Source of the DNA: a virus
Taxonomy: Duplodnaviria > Caudoviricetes
Length of the DNA: 64,000 bases
Direction: 5' to 3' (one strand)
Virus record (IMG/VR): IMGVR_UViG_3300030330_006019
Span: 32,001-96,000 of that record
The notes beneath the pieces are model-generated. The model did no database searches. It was given only the letters and a program-made list of their open reading frames with translations, and was not told the origin of the DNA. The position numbers and the translations under genes are program-made. Below are positions 9,603-19,318 of the stretch, one piece after another; the first letter of the stretch is position 1, and each line of letters starts with the position of its first letter.

Positions 9603-10395
9603 TGTTAAATCTTCCGTGATAAATATTTCTTACTTCTTCTTCAACAGGTAAATAATCTCTTGCAACATACTGTTGAGCAATTGCTTTATTGTCAATCCAC
9701 GCCTTAAGACTTTTTAATTCAGGTGGTGTAATTGCAAATTGATTATCTCTTCCAGGTAAAGATGTATCTGTTGTAAAATGTTTTTCAATAACATTTATTC
9801 CATACTCCATTGCAAATTTTGCAACATCAGTACCTAAACAATGGTCGCTATAACCAACAGTTGGACATATCCCTTTCAATCCAAAAATTTTATTTAAGTT
9901 TGCATCTTCAATACTACAAGGATAAGATGATACACAATGCATTAAAAATAGTGGTTTATCAATTAAATCAACACTATTACAAACTTCTTTTAATGTTGTT
10001 GCACCTGTTGACATGTAAATAGATTCGAAGTGTTCATTGCAAAATTTAACAAGTTCAATATTTCTACACTCCATACTTGGAATCTTAACTGTCTTAATAC
10101 CTAAATCAACTAAAAGTTGTGCATCTGCAATACTAAATACTGATGACATAAATTCAATTTCAACTTCTTTACAATAAGATATTAACTCTTCATGATTTTC
10201 ACGAGTTAACTCTGCTTTTTTATATATTTCAATTCTTCCGTCCTCATTCCAAGGTCCTGGTTTTAATCTATCAACCGACCATGTTTGAAACTTTGCAAAA
10301 TCTGCACCTGATTCTTTTGCTGCTTTAATCATTTCTTTAGCAAGATTCATATCTCCCATATGATTCCAACCTATTTCAGCGATTATCTTTGTCAT
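9595..10395 (-). CDS. neuB: N-acetylneuraminate/nonulosonate synthase family, lacking the C-terminal SAF domain
   Basis: IAEIGWNHMGD, KFQTW, KIPS, HCVSSYP, GYSDH, IEKHFT. Confidence 0.9.
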   Translation of the reverse strand: MTKIIAEIGWNHMGDMNLAKEMIKAAKESGADFAKFQTWSVDRLKPGPWNEDGRIEIYKKAELTRENHEELISYCKEVEIEFMSSVFSIADAQLLVDLGIKTVKIPSMECRNIELVKFCNEHFESIYMSTGATTLKEVCNSVDLIDKPLFLMHCVSSYPCSIEDANLNKIFGLKGICPTVGYSDHCLGTDVAKFAMEYGINVIEKHFTTDTSLPGRDNQFAITPPELKSLKAWIDNKAIAQQYVARDYLPVEEEVRNIYHGRFNNE

Positions 10396-10546
10396 CAATT
10401 TTCTCCTGTATTTCTTTAAGTTCTGCTATTAACTTTTTTAGTTCACGCTTATGTCCTTCTAGTGTCCAACCATCTAATCTGTTTGCATGAACAATTTCAA
10501 GTTTAAGAAATTCTATTCTTTCTTGTATTTTATTAATTCTTGACAT
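10376..10546 (-). CDS. Small coiled-coil hypothetical protein (56 aa, absent from ORF track)
   Basis: Manual translation MSRINKIQERIEFLKLEIVHANRLDGWTLEGHKRELKKLIAELKEIQEKIDDKDNR fills the gap between neighbours. Confidence 0.65.
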   Translation of the reverse strand: MSRINKIQERIEFLKLEIVHANRLDGWTLEGHKRELKKLIAELKEIQEKIDDKDNR

Positions 10547-11717
10547 TTATTAACTCTCTTTCATATGTATCTAAAGATTTTATTTCAATATCAAATATGT
10601 CGTATTTCATATGACCAACCTGTCCACTGTCTGATAATATATTTGATAGCATTGTTAAAAAGTTAAATCTTTCTTGTGTACTTAAAGTTAATGCTGAAAA
10701 TTTTACAATGATATCTTCAGACGGTTTGGATGATATATCACTTAATTTTGAATTTAAGTCATATGATGTATTTTTGTCTTCAAGACTAATATATTTACTT
10801 ATAATTTTACTATCACAATATAATTTACTACACCAAGGTTCAATATGATACAATAATTGCACAGATGCATCATTACAATCATCAACCACAAATGCAATGT
10901 TATATTTTTTTGACACTATAGGTTTCATCATTTTATCATGTTGAACACCTGTTCCCCACTTTCTAATAAACTCCCTAGTTGAATTTGCCATCATTCTTTT
11001 CCAATCATTATGTCTATCCTCATCTCCGTCAAAACTACCTGCACCTCTACCTGTTAAATGATAAACAAAACTATTCCAACTCTGAATAAACTTATAACCT
11101 GCTAGATGCATTCTATTAAATACATCACTGTCTTCTCTACATGAATGTAATATTTTATCGTGGCCACCTATTTTTAGAAAATCTGATTTATACATCATCC
11201 AAGGAGCAAATATTCCTTCTGTAGTTTTGTCACCATATTTTTCTTTTGCCAACTTTACATAATTATCAAATTCTTTTGACTTAAAATCTTCAGGCCACAT
11301 ACCAAAATCAACTAATATTTTTTCACCAGCATTTGGATGAATAGGCGGTTCTATTCGTGTAGAACAAACAACATGATTTTCTTTAAGTTTTTTCCAAGCA
11401 ATTAAATCAGCATCTTTAGCTAACATCATATCTGCATGAAATATCATAAATACATCGGTTGTTGATTGCTTAATGCAATAATCATATGCCATTCCAATAC
11501 CGTACAAACTATTTCCTAAATCAGGATTTACATAGTATGATATATTGTAATCATCTTTAATATCCTTTAACCATTCTACTGTTCCATCTTCATCACTATC
11601 AACAAACACAATAATATCATGGTCTTTTCTATAAGCATTCTTTCTAATTGATGGAATACATTCTTTAAGATATCTTAAGTTACTTTTACTTGGTATGCAA
11701 AATGTTATCCTATCCAT
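10533..11717 (-). CDS. Glycosyltransferase family 2 with C-terminal extension
   Basis: ITFCIP, IFHADM, GGHD, REDSD, VYHLTGRG; start taken at MDRITF. Confidence 0.8.
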   Translation of the reverse strand: MDRITFCIPSKSNLRYLKECIPSIRKNAYRKDHDIIVFVDSDEDGTVEWLKDIKDDYNISYYVNPDLGNSLYGIGMAYDYCIKQSTTDVFMIFHADMMLAKDADLIAWKKLKENHVVCSTRIEPPIHPNAGEKILVDFGMWPEDFKSKEFDNYVKLAKEKYGDKTTEGIFAPWMMYKSDFLKIGGHDKILHSCREDSDVFNRMHLAGYKFIQSWNSFVYHLTGRGAGSFDGDEDRHNDWKRMMANSTREFIRKWGTGVQHDKMMKPIVSKKYNIAFVVDDCNDASVQLLYHIEPWCSKLYCDSKIISKYISLEDKNTSYDLNSKLSDISSKPSEDIIVKFSALTLSTQERFNFLTMLSNILSDSGQVGHMKYDIFDIEIKSLDTYERELINVKN

Positions 11718-12910
11718 TTCCAATCTCCTAACCATTCACAATCTTTTACAATTTGTGAAATTCTTTTTACATCATTTTTTGTTATTCCTAAATGTATTGG
11801 CAATGTAATTAATCTTTTTGAATATGAATGTGCATTTGGACATTTTCCATGACTATCACTATACATTGGATAATTTGTGTTATCAATATAATGTACACCT
11901 GGATATATTTCATTGTTATATAATAATTCAATTAGATTGTCACGACACTCAGCTGGTACTAATATCTGAAATAAATGTTTTGATGATGTTGCAACATACA
12001 AATCATCTTTTACAATTTCTATACATCTAGGGTCGTGTCTTCCCCAATCATCAGTTAAATATTCAGTGTACCAATCTGCAATCTGATTTCTATATTTATT
12101 GTCTTCATCTAATCTATCCAACTGAACTAAACCTATTGATGCCATTATAGAATTTCCATGATATTTGAATCCAATGTTTGGTACATCATATTTCCATTTA
12201 TACGAACCTTCAGTACTTCGTGAATATGTATCTTTGTCAATTCCTAACCATGAAAGTTGTCGTACTAACTTATCATCTTCTTCATCCCTAAAGCATATCA
12301 TTCCACTATCTGCCGTTGGTAAATTCTTTACAGCTTGGAAACTAAAAATAGTAACGTCTGCCTCTTTTCCAACATGTTCAGTTGTATAACCAACACCCAT
12401 AAATACATTTTTAATTTTAGTTCCTGACATATGAGCTGCATCTAAAATTAATCTTATATTATGCTTTTCACATATTCTCTTTACTTCTAATAATTCGCCT
12501 GTGTTTCCACCAATACCAACATATAAAACAGCTCGTGTTTTATCAGTAATATTTTCTTCAATTGACTTTGGGTCTAAACACATTGAGCTATCAACATCTG
12601 CAAATACTGGCTTTAATCTTTCGTACATTATTGCATGATTTGTTGATACAAATGTAAGAGGTGTGGTAATTATTTCATCACCATCTTTCCAACCATCTTT
12701 ATTTTTGAAAAGGTTTAGAGCCAAATGAAGTCCTACAGTATTTGACGCAATGAAGTGTGCATGTGGTAAATCAGTATATTCTTTCCACTTATCTTCAAAT
12801 TCAACAGTTTTGAAACCCATACCTGTCCAACCAGAATCCAAACACTCTCGCATTTGTTCTAATATTTTTTTAGTTTCAAATTTTGGCTTAAGTACATTTA
12901 TTTTTTTCAT
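11705..12910 (-). CDS. DegT/DnrJ/EryC1/StrS PLP-dependent sugar aminotransferase
   Basis: PLTFVST, ILDAAH, FSFQAVKNL (PLP Lys), GFKY, ITLPIH. Confidence 0.92.
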   Translation of the reverse strand: MKKINVLKPKFETKKILEQMRECLDSGWTGMGFKTVEFEDKWKEYTDLPHAHFIASNTVGLHLALNLFKNKDGWKDGDEIITTPLTFVSTNHAIMYERLKPVFADVDSSMCLDPKSIEENITDKTRAVLYVGIGGNTGELLEVKRICEKHNIRLILDAAHMSGTKIKNVFMGVGYTTEHVGKEADVTIFSFQAVKNLPTADSGMICFRDEEDDKLVRQLSWLGIDKDTYSRSTEGSYKWKYDVPNIGFKYHGNSIMASIGLVQLDRLDEDNKYRNQIADWYTEYLTDDWGRHDPRCIEIVKDDLYVATSSKHLFQILVPAECRDNLIELLYNNEIYPGVHYIDNTNYPMYSDSHGKCPNAHSYSKRLITLPIHLGITKNDVKRISQIVKDCEWLGDWKWIG

Positions 12911-12914
12911 AATA

Positions 12915-12945
12915 TAATATAACTAATTTTATTGACAATAAAAAA
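12915..12945 (-). promoter_or_regulatory. Class A promoter-like motif upstream of DegT gene
   Basis: Minus TTTTTTATTGTCAATAAAATTAGTTATATTA; one of about 11 copies. Confidence 0.65.
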
Positions 12946-13866
12946 TTATTTTGCTATAAAACTTTCATTAATTGGAATTCTAATTGTTCTTCCACCTTCT
13001 TGGGGTAATTCAACCATTCCATTTCCACACTCTGTCATATATGGAGATTTTCTATATGTATCTGACAAATACTTAAATTTATGTGCACCTAAAACTTTTG
13101 TAAACTTATATGCATTAAGATACATTGTAGTATTTCCAAAGCCATTTGTGAGTTGTAACTTCTCTATCACATTAATGTCAGTTGGTACTTTAGTTTTATC
13201 ATATACCATTAAATTGTGTTTATGGGCATCTGGTGAACCTTTTGAAACTGTTCTTAATGCATGGTTTGGAAGTGGAGTATCTACATAGTCAAATCCACCT
13301 ATAGCTGTCATTGATTCATGTGTTAAACAAACAAAACTTCCTCTAACAGATATTGACTGTAAAGGTCCTTGAATTAAATCATGGTTATCTTCCCTAATAT
13401 AGTCAATCCATCTCTTATTTGGGTCAATCCAGTTTTTACTTATTGGAGGAATATCAAGAGGGTTAAAATATAAAGGATAATTTGCACCATTACCAATAAC
13501 TTTTGCACCTGACTCAATTAAATCAATACATTTTTTTACAAATGACCAATCATGTATTAATATATCGTCTTGCATAAAAAATATAATATCATTATCATTA
13601 AAACTTTCCAATTCATTAGATTTTTGAATATGTCTCCACCCTTGGTCATATCCACCCCACTCTAACCCTAAGTTAGGAAATTCTTTCCAATTAAAATTAT
13701 CCTTGACTATACTGGGTGGTGTTTTATGACATGTCCAAAATACATCAACAAAATCATTCTTGTCACTAAATTCTTTTAATTCTTCAATAAAACTAGTTTG
13801 ACCTTTTTTATTATCAAATTCATCAAACCACCAACCACAAACTATAAATCTTAATTTTCTTTCCAT
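12946..13866 (-). CDS. Putative GT-A fold glycosyltransferase
   Basis: PNLGLEWGGY, FFMQDD, IGGFD; located in glycan island. Confidence 0.55.
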   Translation of the reverse strand: MERKLRFIVCGWWFDEFDNKKGQTSFIEELKEFSDKNDFVDVFWTCHKTPPSIVKDNFNWKEFPNLGLEWGGYDQGWRHIQKSNELESFNDNDIIFFMQDDILIHDWSFVKKCIDLIESGAKVIGNGANYPLYFNPLDIPPISKNWIDPNKRWIDYIREDNHDLIQGPLQSISVRGSFVCLTHESMTAIGGFDYVDTPLPNHALRTVSKGSPDAHKHNLMVYDKTKVPTDINVIEKLQLTNGFGNTTMYLNAYKFTKVLGAHKFKYLSDTYRKSPYMTECGNGMVELPQEGGRTIRIPINESFIAK

Positions 13867-13876
13867 AATATTTCCT

Positions 13877-14845
13877 CTAAATTGTACGATGTAACTCTAT
13901 ATCATTATCAACCATTTTTACAACCAATTCTGTAAAATTAGTTTTTGGAGTCCAGCCTAAATCATCTTTTGCTTTTTTATAATCACCTCTTAATACATCA
14001 ACTTCAGCCGGCCTCATAAATCTAGGGTCTTGCTTAATATAATTTGACCAATCTGATATTCCAATATGATTAAATGCTGCATCTAAAAAGTCACGAATTG
14101 AATGTTTTTTACCTGTTGCAATTACATAATCATTAGGCTGTTCTTGTTGTAACATTAGCCACATTGCTTCAACATAATCAGGTGCATATCCCCAATCTCT
14201 TTCAGCATCTAGGTTACCTAAAGTAATATAATCAGAAAGTCCTAAATGTATCTTTGCAACTCCATCTGAAATTTTTCTTGTTACAAATTCAATGCCTCTT
14301 CTTTCACTTTCATGATTAAAAAGAATACCACTACAAGCAAACATGTTATATGATTCTCTATAATTTTTTGTTATCCAATGTCCATATAGTTTTGAAACAC
14401 CATAAGGACTTCTTGGATAAAACGGAGTATTTTCATTTGCTGGATTTTCAACCATTCTACCAAACATTTCAGAGCTGCTTGCTTGGTAAAATTTAATCTT
14501 TGGATTGAATTCTCTTATTGCTTCAAGTATTCTTAATACTCCTAAACCTGTTACATTACTTGTTTGTTCAGGTGTATTCCAACTTTCACCAACAAATGAT
14601 TGTGCTGCAAGATTATATACTTCATCTGGATTTGATTCTTTAAGACATCTAAAAAGTGAATTTTGGTCTGTCATATCACCATTAAGTATTGTTATGTTTC
14701 CGTCCAAATGTGAAGTGTTAATATTATTAATATGAGATGAACGCCTTTCCATTCCATACACTATATAGTTTTTTGACAATAAAAAGTCAGCTAAGTGACT
14801 TCCGTCCATTCCACTAATGCCTGTAATTAATGCTATCTTTTTCAT
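13877..14845 (-). CDS. gmd: GDP-mannose 4,6-dehydratase
   Basis: ALITGISGMDGSHLA, YNLAAQSFV, FYQASSSEMFG, PRSPYGVSK, FNHES, RDWGYA. Confidence 0.95.
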   Translation of the reverse strand: MKKIALITGISGMDGSHLADFLLSKNYIVYGMERRSSHINNINTSHLDGNITILNGDMTDQNSLFRCLKESNPDEVYNLAAQSFVGESWNTPEQTSNVTGLGVLRILEAIREFNPKIKFYQASSSEMFGRMVENPANENTPFYPRSPYGVSKLYGHWITKNYRESYNMFACSGILFNHESERRGIEFVTRKISDGVAKIHLGLSDYITLGNLDAERDWGYAPDYVEAMWLMLQQEQPNDYVIATGKKHSIRDFLDAAFNHIGISDWSNYIKQDPRFMRPAEVDVLRGDYKKAKDDLGWTPKTNFTELVVKMVDNDIELHRTI

Positions 14846-15714
14846 TGATTTATCCTATTCTTTGAACCATCTATTGGTTGCATTGCTATGTAATGTTGAT
14901 TATTATCTAAGTCTGGTGTTTTTCCGTATTTTTCAACAAACCTTTGTAGACTTCTTTGTTCTATTTGTGCCAAATTAACTGGCCTTGCCTTTAAGTTATC
15001 ATCTGGAAATCTTGATGCTCTTGATGCAAAATGATAAACTAAAGATTTTGATGTCAATACAAACCTATAACCTTCATTCATCATTCTAATAAATAAGTCA
15101 GCATCTTCCCAGTATGCAGGGGCAAACCTATCATCATTTCCACCTATATAGTCCCAGTCACGTTTTCTTATCATTCCACTAACACCTTCAGTTTTAACAA
15201 TTTCAAAATCATTTATTGAAGTAAAAGACTCTGCCCATGTTAAAAAATGTTCTTCATCAAAGTTATGGTGATATTCACCAAATTCATTTAGTGGTACAAA
15301 GATTGTTCCTGGCCGTTGACTATCATTAAAAATATCTGGTTGTATTCTTTGGCTAAATACCATTAATTTATCATCTGGGTATTTTTCAAATTTATTTAAT
15401 AATTCAATATCCCAGTTTTTTGATACATAAAAATCAGCATGTAAAAAATTAATGAATTCAGTTTTTACCTTTGATGCACAAAAGTTCATTCCACCACCAA
15501 TACCAATTGGATTTTCATTTTGTTCAACATAATATTCAAAATTCCATTTTTTACTATTATCGGCTAACCATTCATTAGTACCATCTTGGCAATTTTCAGC
15601 ATGAATAATTAGTGGTGAATCTTTATAATATGAATTTTCACGAACTGACTTGACTGCCAATTTCAAATAATTCAAATTGTTAAATGACGATATACAATGT
15701 GTTATCTTATGCAT
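14842..15714 (-). CDS. Glycosyltransferase family 2
   Basis: DGTNEWL, FLHAD, IGGNDDRF, WEDADL, VYHF; paralogous pattern to 10533..11717. Confidence 0.8.
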   Translation of the reverse strand: MHKITHCISSFNNLNYLKLAVKSVRENSYYKDSPLIIHAENCQDGTNEWLADNSKKWNFEYYVEQNENPIGIGGGMNFCASKVKTEFINFLHADFYVSKNWDIELLNKFEKYPDDKLMVFSQRIQPDIFNDSQRPGTIFVPLNEFGEYHHNFDEEHFLTWAESFTSINDFEIVKTEGVSGMIRKRDWDYIGGNDDRFAPAYWEDADLFIRMMNEGYRFVLTSKSLVYHFASRASRFPDDNLKARPVNLAQIEQRSLQRFVEKYGKTPDLDNNQHYIAMQPIDGSKNRINQ

Positions 15715-16438
15715 TAGCTCTCTCCTTCAAAAGTTTTTCAACTATTTCAATATCACCTGGAACATCAACTGCATGTGAGTCTCCAGATACATTTATTATT
15801 TTTACTGGTATTCCCATCTCTAAAAATCTCAATATATCAACTTCTTCTACACCTTCTAAAGGAGTAGTTCCCTGGTCTAAAAACAATTTTAACTCTTCTT
15901 TGTTATAAACATAAATACATACTTGTTTTTTACAAATTGGAGCATTTCCTGACTTTTCAACTGGTATTGGATTTCTTGATGCACATACAAGATTATCGGT
16001 TAGTCCCATTGCCATTTTTATGATGTTTCTATTTTCAGGTTTTTCAAAATCTTGTAAATCTGCTGCACAATTTATTACATACCCTGGGTATTGTTGTTTT
16101 GCATTTATTGCCAAAGTTATCTCATTAGGATTTAACATTGGTTCATCTCCTTGTAAATTTACAATTATATCAGCATCTAAATGATAAGCTGCTTCAGCAA
16201 CTCTATCTGTACAACATGGATGTTTAGGAGATGTCATAATAACATTATAACCGCCATTTTCAACAACATTTTTAATTCTTAAATCATCAGTTGCAACATA
16301 AACATTTTGTTTACCAACAGCTTTTTCTGCTATTTCTGCAACTCTTATAACCATTGGCTTACCTAGAATATTTTCCAATGGTTTTCCAGGAAATCTTCCT
16401 GATTTATATCTTGCTGGTATAATAACCGCTACTTTCAT
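15707..16438 (-). CDS. kdsB: CMP-KDO synthetase-like cytidylyltransferase
   Basis: IIPARYKSGRFPGKPL, VATDD, TDRVAEA, VNLQGDEP, AVDVPGD; start taken at MKVAV. Confidence 0.88.
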   Translation of the reverse strand: MKVAVIIPARYKSGRFPGKPLENILGKPMVIRVAEIAEKAVGKQNVYVATDDLRIKNVVENGGYNVIMTSPKHPCCTDRVAEAAYHLDADIIVNLQGDEPMLNPNEITLAINAKQQYPGYVINCAADLQDFEKPENRNIIKMAMGLTDNLVCASRNPIPVEKSGNAPICKKQVCIYVYNKEELKLFLDQGTTPLEGVEEVDILRFLEMGIPVKIINVSGDSHAVDVPGDIEIVEKLLKERANA

Positions 16439-17091
16439 AATTGTCCTCCGTTTATATCTATACATGCACCATGAATATATGACGCATCTTCAGAGCATAA
16501 AAATAATATAGGCTTCACAACTTCATCAACTTCAGCAACACGTCTTAATGGAATTTTACTTTCTAAATTTGCCAATTCTTCTAAGGACATTGACCTTTCC
16601 AACATTGGTGTTAATGTCTGGCTTGGACATACACAATTAATGTTTATACCTCTTGGTCCTAGTTCTTGTGAAAGCTGTCTTGTTAAACCAATAATTCCTG
16701 CCTTTGATGAAGTGTAATGTACACCACTTACCAGGCTCTTATTTCTTCCAGCTATTGATGATACATTTACTATTTTACTTCCTCTTTTCATTAATGGAAT
16801 ACACTTTTTAATTATATAGAAATATGATGTAAGGTTTGTGTCTATTACACTTTTCCACTCATCTAAATGTATATCTTCAATAGGTTTACAGTAATTGATG
16901 GCTGCATTGTTAATAAGTATGTCTACCTCATGTATATCTGAAAAATAGAAATCAATATCTTCTTTTTTAGTTATATCACAATTTGACCTACTTATAGATT
17001 CAACCCTAGCACCAAGTTTTTTGAAAGAATCAACGATACCCTTTCCAATTCCTGTACTTCCACCAACAACAACTACTGTTTTATTTTTCAT
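16435..17091 (-). CDS. Short-chain dehydrogenase/reductase
   Basis: GGSTGIG, INNAA, NVSS, YTSSK. Confidence 0.92.
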   Translation of the reverse strand: MKNKTVVVVGGSTGIGKGIVDSFKKLGARVESISRSNCDITKKEDIDFYFSDIHEVDILINNAAINYCKPIEDIHLDEWKSVIDTNLTSYFYIIKKCIPLMKRGSKIVNVSSIAGRNKSLVSGVHYTSSKAGIIGLTRQLSQELGPRGININCVCPSQTLTPMLERSMSLEELANLESKIPLRRVAEVDEVVKPILFLCSEDASYIHGACIDINGGQL

Positions 17092-17503
17092 ATACATGCT
17101 CTACATCTGGTTGTGTTATTGCATACCTTATACCTGGACCTTTTATACATTTAATATGATGCCAAGTATTTACGGGTACAACAATAATATCATTTTTCTT
17201 TACTGTCTTTGTTCCTTGCCCATCAATCCACCATTCCCATTCTCCATCTATTATCACCCAGTTTTCATCTGCATGTGGATGATAATGTTTTCTATTTCCT
17301 TCCCCACTTTGTTGCTGTATTACAACTCCACCAAACCTATCATTGTATGCAATTCTTACAGCCCAGCTACCCATTCCTAATTCTTTTCTTAAATCATCAA
17401 TATTTACAGTGGTATTATTTTCATATGAATGAAATGTTTTTAATGATTCCTCTGGAAGTCCATCATCTGTTAATACATTTTTTACATCACTGTCTGATTT
17501 CAT
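17081..17503 (-). CDS. Cupin-domain protein (possible sugar isomerase/epimerase)
   Basis: HYHPHADE..W and PVNTWHH cupin metal motifs. Confidence 0.85.
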   Translation of the reverse strand: MKSDSDVKNVLTDDGLPEESLKTFHSYENNTTVNIDDLRKELGMGSWAVRIAYNDRFGGVVIQQQSGEGNRKHYHPHADENWVIIDGEWEWWIDGQGTKTVKKNDIIVVPVNTWHHIKCIKGPGIRYAITQPDVEHVYEK

Positions 17504-18300
17504 AACTTCACTCTTTTTATTGATTTGTGGGCAGAACTCTTATCAGAAACTATTTCTAACTCAATTCCTTTAGAGTTTAACCATTCCTTTAAGAATTTTG
17601 TTGAATCTATAACAACTTGCATTTCACGGTATGTCATTCCACATTTTGCTTCAGTTATTTCACCATATTTATTTTCTTCAGTTGAATAACAATGGTCATG
17701 AAATATAACTTCATTTGGGTCATCACCAGAGTATGGGCTTAAATCCCCAATATCCCAACCAACTACAACAATTTTTTTAACACCTAAGTATACGGCTAAA
17801 TGAAAAATTATTTCATACATCATTCCTGGACCAAATTGTCTATATATTGTTTTATCCAATGTCCAATCATCAAAACTCAATTTTCCAGCTTGTGATTCAT
17901 CCATTCTTTCTGGGTTAGGTATGTGATTACCAACAACAGGTAACATTAAATGACATGGCCATTTATTTTCCAATATTAAATTTGGATGGAATTGTTCAAA
18001 TACTTCCCATATATTTATAGTTTCATCACTTTCATAAGTATATGGCTGATAGTTTATAATATTAAGAATATGAAAATCTGCAACCTTTCCTAAACTATTA
18101 TATGCTTGTTTATTAGCAATTACTAACTTATCACTTAATTTTTCCTTTAGTTCATCTACAGGAATATCATTTAATGATGGACCACATGTTACTATATATG
18201 CAGTTTCATCTTTATAATAATCTCGCATTTCACGAAGTCTAAGTGGTATAAGTTCGTGTTTACCAATATTCTTTTTTAATTGTTTAGTTTTAGAGTGCAT
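17500..18300 (-). CDS. Maf/DUF115-like (ulosonic acid) glycosyltransferase
   Basis: AYIVTCGPSL, VIANKQAY, LAVYLGVKKIVVVGWD. Confidence 0.7.
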   Translation of the reverse strand: MHSKTKQLKKNIGKHELIPLRLREMRDYYKDETAYIVTCGPSLNDIPVDELKEKLSDKLVIANKQAYNSLGKVADFHILNIINYQPYTYESDETINIWEVFEQFHPNLILENKWPCHLMLPVVGNHIPNPERMDESQAGKLSFDDWTLDKTIYRQFGPGMMYEIIFHLAVYLGVKKIVVVGWDIGDLSPYSGDDPNEVIFHDHCYSTEENKYGEITEAKCGMTYREMQVVIDSTKFLKEWLNSKGIELEIVSDKSSAHKSIKRVKL

Positions 18301-19258
18301 CTACTTCTCCAAGAGTTTGTTCCCAATTCTTAAATGTTATACCTTTGTCATCAATGTATGCAACTGCTCTAGGTTTTTCTGATGTTACCTTTGTGACAAA
18401 TTTTGCCATATCATTATCTCTTAACCAATCCCATACTAACTGAATACCAGTTTTTCCGTTTATTAAACCTCTATCTGGTTTTGCCTTTGCAGTATAAATT
18501 ATTACATCATACTTTTTTGACAATTTTTCAAGAGCTTCATATGAACCTTCAATTGGTTCGTCATAAACAGTTCCATCATAAAATCCTTTACTGTTTTTAT
18601 GAATTACTCCATCAAAGTCTACACCTATATTTCTTGTTTCATCTGGAAAACTATGCTTTCTAATTTTATCACCTTGCCAATTTAATTTATCAAGTTCTTG
18701 TGGTGTATTTTTACCAATAGGCGGGCATTCTTTTCCAGAACCATGTGTAAGTTGATATTGTAATAATAGGCTTAAACATTCTGCCGTATGGTAATACTCT
18801 ACGCCTAATACTACTTGCGTAAGTCCTTTAATTTGTCCAGCTATAGGATTAGCTGTTACTAAGCATGTTTGCATTCCATTATCTGATGCCCACTGCAATG
18901 CTTTTAATACATCAATAGATTTACCAGAAGAAGAGATTCCATAAACTAATGATTTTTTCATTTGTGATTTTGTTCTTGTTGAAGTTCTTTGCTTTAACCA
19001 AGCAACCATCCATAAATCAAAACTTGTATCATTTATTAATGATGTTGCAACTACACAACTCCCAGGGCACATTGCATTTTTTGTACCATTAGAAAGTCTT
19101 GTCATATCAACTGCCGTATGGTCTGCTATTCCCATATTGCCACCATGTCCTAATACATAAATGTCATCACATTCATTATACTTTACTTGTAAATCATTCC
19201 ATTCAGGTGTACTTATAACCTCTGTAAATCTATGTCCTATGTTTTCGATATTCATCAT
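18290..19258 (-). CDS. SIS (GmhA-like phosphosugar isomerase) domain fused to HAD phosphatase
   Basis: LGHGGNMGIADH and GISSSGKS (SIS); IGVDFDGVIH, IIYTAK, YIDDK (HAD). Confidence 0.82.
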   Translation of the reverse strand: MMNIENIGHRFTEVISTPEWNDLQVKYNECDDIYVLGHGGNMGIADHTAVDMTRLSNGTKNAMCPGSCVVATSLINDTSFDLWMVAWLKQRTSTRTKSQMKKSLVYGISSSGKSIDVLKALQWASDNGMQTCLVTANPIAGQIKGLTQVVLGVEYYHTAECLSLLLQYQLTHGSGKECPPIGKNTPQELDKLNWQGDKIRKHSFPDETRNIGVDFDGVIHKNSKGFYDGTVYDEPIEGSYEALEKLSKKYDVIIYTAKAKPDRGLINGKTGIQLVWDWLRDNDMAKFVTKVTSEKPRAVAYIDDKGITFKNWEQTLGEVDAL

Positions 19259-19282
19259 AACTCTATTTCCTTTAATTTTATT

Positions 19283-19313
19283 TAATATAACAATTTTTCT
19301 TGAATAATAAAAA
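19283..19313 (-). promoter_or_regulatory. Class A promoter-like motif upstream of SIS-HAD gene
   Basis: Minus TTTTTATTATTCAAGAAAAATTGTTATATTA. Confidence 0.65.
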
Positions 19314-19318
19314 TTTTA

